Origin: a virus
Lineage: Duplodnaviria; Caudoviricetes
Virus record (IMG/VR): IMGVR_UViG_3300046163_000011
Location: 1 to 57,797 of that record
DNA: 57,797 bases
Strand: one strand, 5' to 3'
Shown here: positions 39,201-47,633 of the stretch, one piece after another
How the letters are laid out: each line of letters begins with the position of its first letter
Numbering within the stretch: position 1 is the first letter of the stretch
The notes under the pieces: generated by a model
What the model was told of the DNA's origin: nothing
The model's database searches: none
What the model saw: only the letters and a program-made list of their open reading frames with translations
Made by a program: the position numbers and the translations under genes

Positions 39201-42200
39201 GGGCCAGATGCCGAAGCGTACAAGAACGAGTACAACTCTCAGGTCGCTCAAATCAATCGTAGTGACGCACCTGCTTGGAAGAAAGACGGCATGAAAAGCG
39301 GCCTTCCTTTTGGCCTTAACAAGAAATACGAAGGCACTACATCAACAGCAATACAGACAGCGCACCAAGGCAGAAATCCAAAAGGCAAAGCTCTTGCGTA
39401 TGCCCCAGCAGTAACTGTGCGTGATGTGACATTCTTGGTTGATCAGGGTGCAAGAGCCTCTATCTCCACTGGACTTGCTAACAAGTTCCCAATGGCTGGT
39501 GTTGCTGGAAACATAGCCCACGGCGTTAACTCTACTCGTGGCGTAGAGGTAAAGTTTAATCCGTTTAAGCACCATGTATTCGTGGCTTCATTCCCACAGG
39601 CAGACGGCACTCGCGTAGAAGTGCCAATCAAGTCAGCAGAAGAAGCTACTGTATATGGAAACACTGTCTATGTTCGAGGCAAGCTAGAGTTCTATGAGGA
39701 TGGCGAGTTACCTGTAGCCAAGACATCAGCTACTGGCACTCTTACAAGAGCGCTAGAAGGTGACGACCCTGCCAATGTTGGCAATAAAGTTACAAAGCAG
39801 ACAAATGTACCATCCTACAATTTTGATCTGCCAGAGAACGCTCAGGGGGTTGAAGTAATATCAGACTTCCTAAATCAGGAAGAGATTGGACGTAAGTATT
39901 CTATCCGTCAGCTTACGCCGGAACTTGCCAAGCTAAGTATTCTGCATCGCCTTGATGAGGACGGTAACTTCAAGACTACATATAATATGCGTCAGAAGGC
40001 AGATGGCACTTACGGTATTGACTACATATCAAAGGGTGAGGCGCTACATCTTTTGCAATCAGAAAGAGGCAACGCAAAGTTTGAGTATGTCCCTAGAAAG
40101 GGGTTCAGCAAAGAGGCAGAGGAAGAAATAGCCATTGTCATGGCGGCGGAAGCCGAAGCCGCTTTGAACAGAGATGGCAATGCTATTGGGTGGTACGACA
40201 GAACACTGAAGCTGGCTAAGAAGATGCTTACGCCAGTGTTCCCAGAGATTGCCACAGACCCAGCCGCAGAAGCTGTGTTTGATTTTGCTCTTGCTGTCAC
40301 ATCAAACGGCATCGCTGTAGTGCAGAACTTTAAGTATGCCGCAGAACAGTATAGGGCTTTCAAAGAAACAGGGCGCTTCCCAGTTGTAGGTTATGGCGAC
40401 AGAGAAAAGGCCATGAAGAAGGCGTTTCTTTTCTACAACGCTATGTTGGAAAGTGGCAAAACTGAAGCTCAAATAGCAGAGTTCCTTGATCAAGACACAA
40501 CTCCCAAGTTGATGGATCAGAACAGCGTCTTGCAAGATCTTGGAATAACTGCGCCAGCAGGGGAAGGCAAAAACTCTCCAGTTAAAATGTCTTTTGTGAT
40601 TGGGCCGAAGATTGGTCAAGGCTTCTACCAGAACCTTAGAGGCAACTATGATGTGCTGACTATGGATATCTGGTGGATGCGTATGTATAACCGCATCACT
40701 GGCAATCCATTCAAGGACATCACTAACGCCACCCTAGATAAGGGCAGAAACGATGTCGTAAAGCTAACTAAGGCGGCTTTGAAAAGAAGCACAGATCCTA
40801 GCGAAGTGCAGTCCACTGAGGATTATACGTCAGAAGATCTGGCCTATGAAGCGCAACTGGTTCAGGATACCCTGAAAGCAGAAGATATAGACATTATCAA
40901 CAAGGATAATGTTGATCAGGCGACTCTAATAATTGAAAGTGCTTTTCAAAAAGCATTTAGAGATGCGCCTACAGATGCCAGACCAACAAAAACAGACCTA
41001 TTCAAAAGAACTGGCACACACGCAGAAAACCTTGGTGGTGATGTAGAGCAAGCGGCTCCTAGAGGTTCAACTGATCGCACACAACAACGCCGCATCGCCA
41101 AGAGAGCCTTGGACATTCTTGAGGAGAACACAGGCACACGCATTAGCATGGCTGATTTTCAAGCCCTAATGTGGTATCCTGAGAAGCTCTTATTTAGAAG
41201 TGTAGGTGTTCGCCCCGGTCAAGGTAGCGACAGTGATTACGTTGACGGTGTTATTGAGCTATTAAGAGCGGAAGGAATTACAGATGGTCAGATCGAAGAA
41301 GCACTCCCCACAACAGACAGACACAGAGTCAATCCTGATGTCGATCCCAGACGACAGGATGGAGGAGTTCGTGAGGGAGTTGCAGATGACCGCTCCACCT
41401 CAGATTCCAAAAAGTACAGCGGCAGAATCCTTGCCCGAAACCTCAGAGACTTCATAAAGCAAAATCCAGATGGATACACTATAACCACTGGGGGCGGCTT
41501 TGCTGACATTGACGGAAAGTATGCTGTTGCTCCCCTGAAGTCTGCTGAGATAATCAGTGGTAACACACTACCCACATCTGTTTTGCTTGAGTACATTGAG
41601 CAGACAAGGCAGATATCAGAGATATATGGAACAGAGCTATATCTCGGTGGTTGGTTAAACAGCGAAAATAGTAAATTCTATCTCGACAGCACAATGCTGG
41701 TTGATGAGCTAGACACTGCCCTCTACATTGCTGATGCTGGTCAGCAAGAGGGGATATTTGACTTTAACACGTTTGAGGAAGTGAGAACCCAAAATGGCAT
41801 CAACCAACTCAGAGAAAGTGGAACTTATCGGAGTGAACTCGCGGAGCGATACCTCAGAGATACTGAAGAAGCTGACAAACAATTTACGAGCGCAAGGGCT
41901 GAACGTGGTGGACGATTTATCACCGCAGAGCAAGTTGCCGCAGAAAGACGCGAAGAACTCCTAACAATCAGTTCTGTTGCTGATGAGGACTATGCATTCA
42001 CAGAGTTTATCTCTCCAGAGATGGAGCAGATGGTTCGTCAAATTGATAATGTAATATCAGCACAAGGCTCAGAACAGCCATCTCGTCTGTACGCTCGCCG
42101 TCCAGTACGTCAGTTTGCTCCAGTGGCTAACGCTGTAGCTCAACGGCGCATGGACAACGGTGAAGATGTAAACATGAAGTTTCCGAATGTCCACGGGTAC

Positions 42201-45200
42201 ATGGTGGACAACTTCCAAACTGGCGAGCAAATACCTGTTTATCTGTTTGCTGGTGACGATGTAAGCCCAGATGACGATGGGGTATCTGGTGATAAAAACC
42301 ACGGCCTGTTTCACATCATACAACGCAACCACGACAAAGAGCTTGTCGAGCAGTCAAAGTACCCAAGTGTACAACAGGCTATATATGACCTGTTAAAGAA
42401 ATGGGAATCACAGGGTTATAGAGACGGATCTGCTGTTGTCGCAATGCCAACAGGCAACTTTGAGTTAGCACTTGAATGGAATAATGACATTCCTCGCAAG
42501 TCAGGCCCGCTAAAGCTGGTGCTTACAAAAGCTAGAGACAAGTCTGGCAAGCCTTTTTATTACATCAAGACATTCTATCCATTTGGTGCGGAGAAGAAGA
42601 AAAGTGTGCGGTCATTCAACCCACAGCTTCTCAACACCACTGCGTATACTCCGACTGTGCAGAACATGATTGGTCAGGCAGAAAACAACATCACTTATAC
42701 TGCCTCCTTAAATTATCTGTCTAAGTTTCTTTACATTCCTGCTGGCCTGAACATGGACAGGGCAAAGGATTGGTCAGAGCGTCTCATTACGCAATTCCAA
42801 GACCGATTTGTGCATATTGGGAAAATCGTAGATGAGATGAAGGCTAATGGTGTGACCGTCACAGACATGATGGACACATACCTGCAAGAGAGCAATGCCC
42901 AAGGTATAATAGGAGATAAGCTAAGAGAGAGAGAAAACCTACACTATAATAAACTTGGCAAACAAATATCAGAGCTTGAGGTGACTGATGCTGAGTTCAA
43001 TGATTTAAAAGGCGCATCTAATAGAAATCGCAACCCACAAGGCGGCAGTCCGTTTGGCTTTGTAGAGACTGACTATACATACAACAAAAGCAAGGCTATG
43101 ACATTAGCAGAAGCGTATCTGTATGCCTTACACGCAAAAGAAAGAAATCTTCGCATACAAAAACATATTGATCCTACCAGTGAATCTGGTTCAGGTATGA
43201 GTGATGCAGAAGCAGACGCGATCCTAAATCAAATATCTCAGATGTCTCCGGAGACACAGCAGAAGCTAAGTGAAATTCGTAGTAGCCTACAAAATCTTAT
43301 ACAAGACACAAGAAATGTTCGCGCTGAATCTGGTCTAACAACATCTGACATGACAACTCAGATAATAAATGATCCAAACGATCCTGATGTTACGATAGAA
43401 GTGGAAGAGTTTGTAGATTACATACCTCTACGAGGAAAGTTTGATGTTCTTGGTGAGGCCAGCGAAGAGGGAAACTTTGGCGCTACAAGAAGCCCACTTT
43501 ATGGAGCTAGAGGCCGCGAAGATAAACAGATGCTTGGTCGTGAGTATAGCGGTTATGCTACAACAATTATTGTTGGAGCTATGCAACAGAACCAGAACTC
43601 GGTTATTCGTGGTGAGCGTAATAAGGTTGGTCAGAGCTTTTACAGATTGTTGCTCGGTCAACAAGACGCTGACGGAAATCCATTGCCAGATGACCAAAAA
43701 GCAGAAGTGCAGAGAATTATGTCTCAGTACGCCTACATAATGGACAAAGTACCAATGCGGCGTATCTTGGACAAGAATGGCAGGGTTTCAATTATTCCTG
43801 ATCCAAGAGGAAAAGAAGGAAAGCTATCTGTAAAGATTGATGGTGAAGAAGTCCTTATAGATTTTTACGACCCAAGAATCGGTCAAGCAATGATCGGAAT
43901 GAGCGGATCTCCAGAGAAATCTAATGGATTTATGAGAGCGGCATTCAAGTTCAATAGATATCTGTCCACAATTAACACCACATACAACCCATCATTCTTC
44001 TTTACCAATATCTTCCGTGATATCCAAACTGCTGGTGTGAACATCAATCAGTTTGAACGTGAAGGTCTTACTAGAGAAATGATGAGCAACGTAAAACAGT
44101 CTTGGAAAGCTGTTCGCGCTGGAGTTCGCCTTGAAGAAGAAAGCTCGATAACAAGAGAAGACGCATTGCAACCGGGGTTTGACATTAACTCTGTTTCTGA
44201 CGTTGACCTATTTAGACTGTTCCAAATTTTTGGTGGTCAAAATGCTCTGAACCAGACCAGTAGTTTGCAAGACCAAATTGAAAATATCGACAGTATTCTT
44301 GGAGATATACCGCGTGAAGGATTTAAGGCTGAAGTAAAAGACTTTGCTGGAAAGTATGCGGCTCCAGTAAAGAGACTTGGTAAATTCTTAGAAGACTACA
44401 ACACAGTCGCTGAAAATATGATGCGTGTAGCCGCATTCAAAGCACTCGCTCCAAGGGTTGGTATGGAGAAGGCCGCTTTTGCCGCCAGAAACCTTACAGT
44501 TGATTTTGCAAAAGGTGGTGAGAACAAAACACTTCTGAACTCCCTATACCTTTTCTACAACGCATCTATGCAGGGTTCATTCGCAATTCTCAATGCTCTT
44601 GCCCGTTCAAGAAAAGTGCAGAAGATTTGGGCTGGTATAGTTGTGGCTGGTATGGTGCAAGATCAGTTGAACGCCATGCTGTCAGAAGAAGATGAAGATG
44701 GCGATTTGGTGTATGACAATCTTAAGCAATGGAGACTTGAAAATAACATCATGTTACCACTTGGGAACAAGAAATACTTACAGATACCCCTGCCATATGG
44801 TCTGAACGCCGCATTTAATATGGGCAGATCACTTAGCAGATTCTCAAGAGGCCAATACTCTATAGGACAAGCTGGGTCAACAATCTTTGGAACTGCCACA
44901 GATGTGTTTAACCCATTCGGCGGCAACCTTGGTGCTGTTATAACAGGAGAAGATGGCGCAAGCATAGGCAACGTAATTGCTCCTACAATAGCAGATCCTT
45001 TTATTGACGTTATGTTTGATAATACAGATTTCAAGAACAGTCAGATTGCAAAGAAGCCAAACGCATTTGACCCAACACCTACACCTAACTCACATCTGTA
45101 CTGGTCAACAACAGACCCTAATTTTGTGAAAGTAGCACAAGCCATTAACTCACTTACTTTTGGTAGCAGTGTAGAAAAAGGCTTCATAGATCCATCACCT

Positions 45201-45692
45201 GATGTTCTTGAGCATATATATCAGTTTATGACTGGCGGCGCTGGGTCATTCGCCGCAAGGGTTGGCAACTTCGGCATAAATGTAGCCCCTGCCGCACTAC
45301 AGGGTGACTTTGAAGAAGATATGATACAAGCCACACCAATAGCCAGACGCTTCGTTGGCTATGTAGGAGAGCGTGGTGACACAGAAGAGTTCTTCAACGG
45401 AAGAGATAAAGTTTTGCTTGCTGGTGAGGTTCTGAAGAACGCATACGCAGTAGGAAACATGGAAGAAGTTGAGAGCGTGAAGAAGAGGTTTACAAAAGAG
45501 TTGCGTATCTACGGAGCGATTAAGAATGTAAACAACGCTCGTAACCGCATCCTACGCAAGATGGCAAAGATCAAAGACAACCCAAGGATACCTAAAGCCA
45601 CTAAGGATGCCGCTATCAAAAAGTTGAGCGAACAGGTAAACGCGATAGTGATGCGTGGTAATCAATACCTCAACCAATACGACATACAGTGA
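36276..45692 (+). CDS. Giant polyvalent internal virion protein (zincin peptidase, HhH-glycosylase-like, BECR-nuclease-like, LPD38-like C-terminus)
   Basis: HEIIH at 38496 plus EEEAVAE; GWYD/LAVTS/GPKIG/TMDIW/FQALMW; HGLFHIIQRNH; YLQIPLPYG..PFIDVMFDNTDF. Confidence 0.75.
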   Translation: MALIPVQDPQTGKLYNVQIAGDTPTQQEITEIKEWLASQSQPVETTTPIAETTPAEEPGFLESTAGAGIDQIQALFGSAAEGVGNVTGFDGLRDWGREVNEANEAEYAEKTQNRQQLEDVGGVGDFAKFAGESVVEQLPQLGMSLAAGYAGGKAGAFTGGAIGSFAGPAGIAIGAGIGATVGGVGGMVAANLPFIYGSHREAQKDQIEAGVQTEVDEGVAFLTAIPATALETIAEKVMVGKFLTPKLINSGGIFTRVTKNAATGALVEAPTELGQQVIERAQAGKDLLSDDAFKEYGHAALVGGLVGSSVKGTGGAFTKDQRKVDLEEEALKRSQLEQDEKVEDAQLVGGFAAAQKEADARTEDEVVKAQVIQQGRSVADDERAREKAEAQINSENKPVNFADLDPEVVKTINIQRQRAQAAGMPVGTPRRTTIEEMRALGLDEAADVELKKQKDTFVDKHDRNTTERKFSQEQYDKAKAKILESGKADDKTIIESIRETLPEGQDKVPVTLIEEIRQELALNRVIETNNGKDYNVAPEGIRDEDAAEPLRQRVSRSRARLDAIQAKVKELETLYDQQATINQTPDQKSAARAELSTQLQGLNVEAKREEADIRNTQRQIDTIDAQTGANEQIGNIRHDQAQARLAFSAAKEAAKAPKKADYETRMQKLVTGLQSYLKGIGLGDVNLTVQSLLEPDKIAGGQLVEGYYESSNKLIALATDLYDPTLSDAEYEARLRAVLNHEIIHAMRDVGVFTDAEWNTLTNAAAKRKYNVIINGKPLERLYTFMERETRRQQFTPPERMDGETQEDYDIRSEAAAARHQDLVEEEAVAEMFRAWTDGRLKLGGKPQSLFKRMISFLSGVGKAHYDEDITASDQIFEGIVRGDMASREFKVEPKSVPETAPEEAKMYSYGRVFPDNLSTFEDEIITIDQALDTHNFPQNVQDKLLGYTKTEDDADIREGTVVTVRLNLNGRTFLGPDAEAYKNEYNSQVAQINRSDAPAWKKDGMKSGLPFGLNKKYEGTTSTAIQTAHQGRNPKGKALAYAPAVTVRDVTFLVDQGARASISTGLANKFPMAGVAGNIAHGVNSTRGVEVKFNPFKHHVFVASFPQADGTRVEVPIKSAEEATVYGNTVYVRGKLEFYEDGELPVAKTSATGTLTRALEGDDPANVGNKVTKQTNVPSYNFDLPENAQGVEVISDFLNQEEIGRKYSIRQLTPELAKLSILHRLDEDGNFKTTYNMRQKADGTYGIDYISKGEALHLLQSERGNAKFEYVPRKGFSKEAEEEIAIVMAAEAEAALNRDGNAIGWYDRTLKLAKKMLTPVFPEIATDPAAEAVFDFALAVTSNGIAVVQNFKYAAEQYRAFKETGRFPVVGYGDREKAMKKAFLFYNAMLESGKTEAQIAEFLDQDTTPKLMDQNSVLQDLGITAPAGEGKNSPVKMSFVIGPKIGQGFYQNLRGNYDVLTMDIWWMRMYNRITGNPFKDITNATLDKGRNDVVKLTKAALKRSTDPSEVQSTEDYTSEDLAYEAQLVQDTLKAEDIDIINKDNVDQATLIIESAFQKAFRDAPTDARPTKTDLFKRTGTHAENLGGDVEQAAPRGSTDRTQQRRIAKRALDILEENTGTRISMADFQALMWYPEKLLFRSVGVRPGQGSDSDYVDGVIELLRAEGITDGQIEEALPTTDRHRVNPDVDPRRQDGGVREGVADDRSTSDSKKYSGRILARNLRDFIKQNPDGYTITTGGGFADIDGKYAVAPLKSAEIISGNTLPTSVLLEYIEQTRQISEIYGTELYLGGWLNSENSKFYLDSTMLVDELDTALYIADAGQQEGIFDFNTFEEVRTQNGINQLRESGTYRSELAERYLRDTEEADKQFTSARAERGGRFITAEQVAAERREELLTISSVADEDYAFTEFISPEMEQMVRQIDNVISAQGSEQPSRLYARRPVRQFAPVANAVAQRRMDNGEDVNMKFPNVHGYMVDNFQTGEQIPVYLFAGDDVSPDDDGVSGDKNHGLFHIIQRNHDKELVEQSKYPSVQQAIYDLLKKWESQGYRDGSAVVAMPTGNFELALEWNNDIPRKSGPLKLVLTKARDKSGKPFYYIKTFYPFGAEKKKSVRSFNPQLLNTTAYTPTVQNMIGQAENNITYTASLNYLSKFLYIPAGLNMDRAKDWSERLITQFQDRFVHIGKIVDEMKANGVTVTDMMDTYLQESNAQGIIGDKLRERENLHYNKLGKQISELEVTDAEFNDLKGASNRNRNPQGGSPFGFVETDYTYNKSKAMTLAEAYLYALHAKERNLRIQKHIDPTSESGSGMSDAEADAILNQISQMSPETQQKLSEIRSSLQNLIQDTRNVRAESGLTTSDMTTQIINDPNDPDVTIEVEEFVDYIPLRGKFDVLGEASEEGNFGATRSPLYGARGREDKQMLGREYSGYATTIIVGAMQQNQNSVIRGERNKVGQSFYRLLLGQQDADGNPLPDDQKAEVQRIMSQYAYIMDKVPMRRILDKNGRVSIIPDPRGKEGKLSVKIDGEEVLIDFYDPRIGQAMIGMSGSPEKSNGFMRAAFKFNRYLSTINTTYNPSFFFTNIFRDIQTAGVNINQFEREGLTREMMSNVKQSWKAVRAGVRLEEESSITREDALQPGFDINSVSDVDLFRLFQIFGGQNALNQTSSLQDQIENIDSILGDIPREGFKAEVKDFAGKYAAPVKRLGKFLEDYNTVAENMMRVAAFKALAPRVGMEKAAFAARNLTVDFAKGGENKTLLNSLYLFYNASMQGSFAILNALARSRKVQKIWAGIVVAGMVQDQLNAMLSEEDEDGDLVYDNLKQWRLENNIMLPLGNKKYLQIPLPYGLNAAFNMGRSLSRFSRGQYSIGQAGSTIFGTATDVFNPFGGNLGAVITGEDGASIGNVIAPTIADPFIDVMFDNTDFKNSQIAKKPNAFDPTPTPNSHLYWSTTDPNFVKVAQAINSLTFGSSVEKGFIDPSPDVLEHIYQFMTGGAGSFAARVGNFGINVAPAALQGDFEEDMIQATPIARRFVGYVGERGDTEEFFNGRDKVLLAGEVLKNAYAVGNMEEVESVKKRFTKELRIYGAIKNVNNARNRILRKMAKIKDNPRIPKATKDAAIKKLSEQVNAIVMRGNQYLNQYDIQ

Positions 45693-45865
45693 TGAAGAAG
45701 AGAAACCCTATCGCCAAGTTAATACGAGATCCGAGATTTAACAGTAGATCTGTTAAGTCGAAGAAGGTGTACACTAGGAAGGGTAGGCAAAAAGAATTTG
45801 TAGCAGGGTACAAAAAGGGGCTAGGTCAATATGATCCAGCCCCTTTTTATTTAGCCACTATTTAG
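45692..45865 (+). CDS. ArfA-like small basic protein (57 aa); absent from the ORF track
   Basis: MKKRNPIAKLIRDPRFNSRSVKSKKVYTRKGRQK...; TGATG-coupled to the giant gene. Confidence 0.65.
   Translation: MKKRNPIAKLIRDPRFNSRSVKSKKVYTRKGRQKEFVAGYKKGLGQYDPAPFYLATI
45797..45814. promoter_or_regulatory. Palindrome TTTGTA-N6-TACAAA
   Basis: TTTGTA GCAGGG TACAAA just before the terminator. Confidence 0.7.
45812..45852. terminator. Bidirectional intrinsic terminator at the convergence of the late and recombination operons
   Basis: AAAAA-GGGGCTaGGTCA-ata-TGATCcAGCCCC-TTTTTATTT. Confidence 0.8.
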
Positions 45866-46262
45866 GCTCTCTACCAGCCCAATACTTAGGAGTGTTGAGT
45901 ATCTTATTTCTATACTCTTCATCATTACTCAAGCGATACTGTTCTGTATCCCAGTGCCTGTTGATGTTACAATTCCAGAAGTAATACCAACCATGATGCT
46001 TGCCATATTTTGTCACTTCAATAGCAGGGCTGTACAAGATTGTTACCTTTCTTTCCTTGTCTGAAAGATCACCAAGTTCTTTTCTGTGATAATAATGCAT
46101 CTCCCCGTATCCTAACTCTCTGAGTGTTATGGCTTCAAATAGCTTATCGTTCACTATCTTCTCGCCATCCTCTGTGAACCAATGTTTAGGTTTTGCTCCG
46201 TACACGACTGTCTCCTGTGAACTATTGTGAAGTTTCTTGTGTTTGATTGTGCTTATCTTCAA
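45858..46262 (-). CDS. Hypothetical protein
   Basis: 134-aa ORF overlapping the AlpA-like gene. Confidence 0.55.
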   Translation of the reverse strand: MKISTIKHKKLHNSSQETVVYGAKPKHWFTEDGEKIVNDKLFEAITLRELGYGEMHYYHRKELGDLSDKERKVTILYSPAIEVTKYGKHHGWYYFWNCNINRHWDTEQYRLSNDEEYRNKILNTPKYWAGREPK

Positions 46263-46422
46263 TCCATTTCACAATTACTTCACGCTTCCATCGCCTAATT
46301 CTTGGCGATAATACGATTGGTGGTGGAAAACTCTCATCTGTGTTGATGATGTGGTACACAGACTTTGGCCTAATGGATAGCATTTCCGCTATCTCTTTAT
46401 GGTCAACTAGGTTGGTGGTCAT
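46222..46422 (-). CDS. AlpA/excisionase-like HTH protein
   Basis: KEIAEMLSI..SVYHII..FPPPIVLSPRIRRW. Confidence 0.8.
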   Translation of the reverse strand: MTTNLVDHKEIAEMLSIRPKSVYHIINTDESFPPPIVLSPRIRRWKREVIVKWIEDKHNQTQETSQ

Positions 46423-46874
46423 TCTTGATACCCCTTTTTATTTCTTGTGAACTTTTCAACCAAAGTCTTGAACTGTTCACGGGCTTTTGAATTGTTCCTG
46501 AGTTCCCCTCTGCTTTCTATGCCAAGATATGCCCTTAGACCGTCAGCAACCACTGCCTCACAGTCTGTGGGATCATAGTCATGTATAAAACCACATATCT
46601 TCATGAACTCTGCAAACTCAGGATTTCGACATAGCAGACCAGCTTGAGATATCATCTTGTTAATCTCTCTGTTCTGATCTGGTATTTGTGGGGTATCGTC
46701 ATCACCCAACTTAACCATAGCCACCATATAACGAGAGCCTACCCAATCTGTGTGTAGGCTTGGTGGGCATTCATTGGGATGCAGTGCAAGCCTTAATATT
46801 ATTCCATCCTTGCCCTGAGACATTGACGTTTTAACCGCCTCAAAGTTAACGGCGGCATCTCTTACATCAGCCAT
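46419..46874 (-). CDS. Hypothetical protein
   Basis: 151 aa; AGLLC..F and LGIESRGEL motifs. Confidence 0.65.
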   Translation of the reverse strand: MADVRDAAVNFEAVKTSMSQGKDGIILRLALHPNECPPSLHTDWVGSRYMVAMVKLGDDDTPQIPDQNREINKMISQAGLLCRNPEFAEFMKICGFIHDYDPTDCEAVVADGLRAYLGIESRGELRNNSKAREQFKTLVEKFTRNKKGYQE

Positions 46875-47118
46875 CGTACTTACCCTTCTTTAAATGTCCA
46901 TTTGCATTAACATTCAGTTTTATTTCAACCAACTGATCACGCGCCCTTTTTTGCACATTACCTTGAAAGTTCCCGCGCTTTTGGTTTGAGTAGCTTCTGT
47001 CTTGCCTAGTGCCGACAACAGAAAGACCGTAATTTTTAAAGTTAACAACCCTGTCGTGCATCATTTTTATATGAGCCGCAAATTCCTCAGTTGTCATATC
47101 AGCCGCGCTCTTGTCCAT
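46867..47118 (-). CDS. Hypothetical protein
   Basis: Coupled ORF with SD GGAGA. Confidence 0.55.
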   Translation of the reverse strand: MDKSAADMTTEEFAAHIKMMHDRVVNFKNYGLSVVGTRQDRSYSNQKRGNFQGNVQKRARDQLVEIKLNVNANGHLKKGKYDG

Positions 47119-47359
47119 TTCCGTCTCCTTTCGCCAGCTTTATTCTGCCAAGAGCCACATCAACCATAGCGCACCACATATCTAGCCTGTTGTGATGAGT
47201 TGGAAGTTCAGCTACCACTTCTAGCATTTCATCTGTAGGTTGCCTCATGGCAATGATTGCCTGTTCAGCCAAGTGGTCATAAAGAATTGGTGTGCCATTA
47301 GACATCAAGCCTTCATGAGCCTTCATAATAGCGAATGCTACTTTATCAACTTGCTCCAT
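47099..47359 (-). CDS. Hypothetical protein (start MEQVDK)
   Basis: AIIAMRQPTDEM...WCAMVD pattern; SD GGAGA. Confidence 0.55.
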   Translation of the reverse strand: MEQVDKVAFAIMKAHEGLMSNGTPILYDHLAEQAIIAMRQPTDEMLEVVAELPTHHNRLDMWCAMVDVALGRIKLAKGDGNGQERG

Positions 47360-47633
47360 TAAATTTCTCCCAATTAACACGCGCCCAAGAAATAGGGTCA
47401 ACGCCTTGCAAATCCCACCACGTTCTTTCGTCACCAAACAAATGCAACTTCATGTGGCAAGGGTGGCACAGAGGAACACACCAGTTGTCTCCCACCTTCA
47501 TTCCCATAGCATTAGGCTCTGCGAACATGATGTGGTGAGCCTCTGCGCCATACCCACAGACCAGACACGGAGATCCGCGCAAGGTCTGCAAGTATTTCTT
47601 AGACCTGATCCGCTTAGAACGGAACGCTGTCAT
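47346..47633 (-). CDS. DUF968-like HNH/zinc-finger protein
   Basis: PCLVCG..AHH..GMKVGDNWCVPLCHPCH..LH. Confidence 0.75.
   Translation of the reverse strand: MTAFRSKRIRSKKYLQTLRGSPCLVCGYGAEAHHIMFAEPNAMGMKVGDNWCVPLCHPCHMKLHLFGDERTWWDLQGVDPISWARVNWEKFNGAS

Noticed and set aside
46222-46422. Temperate lifestyle implied by the AlpA/Xis-like gene
   Set aside because: No integrase, CI-like repressor or att site was identifiable in the window, so lifestyle cannot be called.
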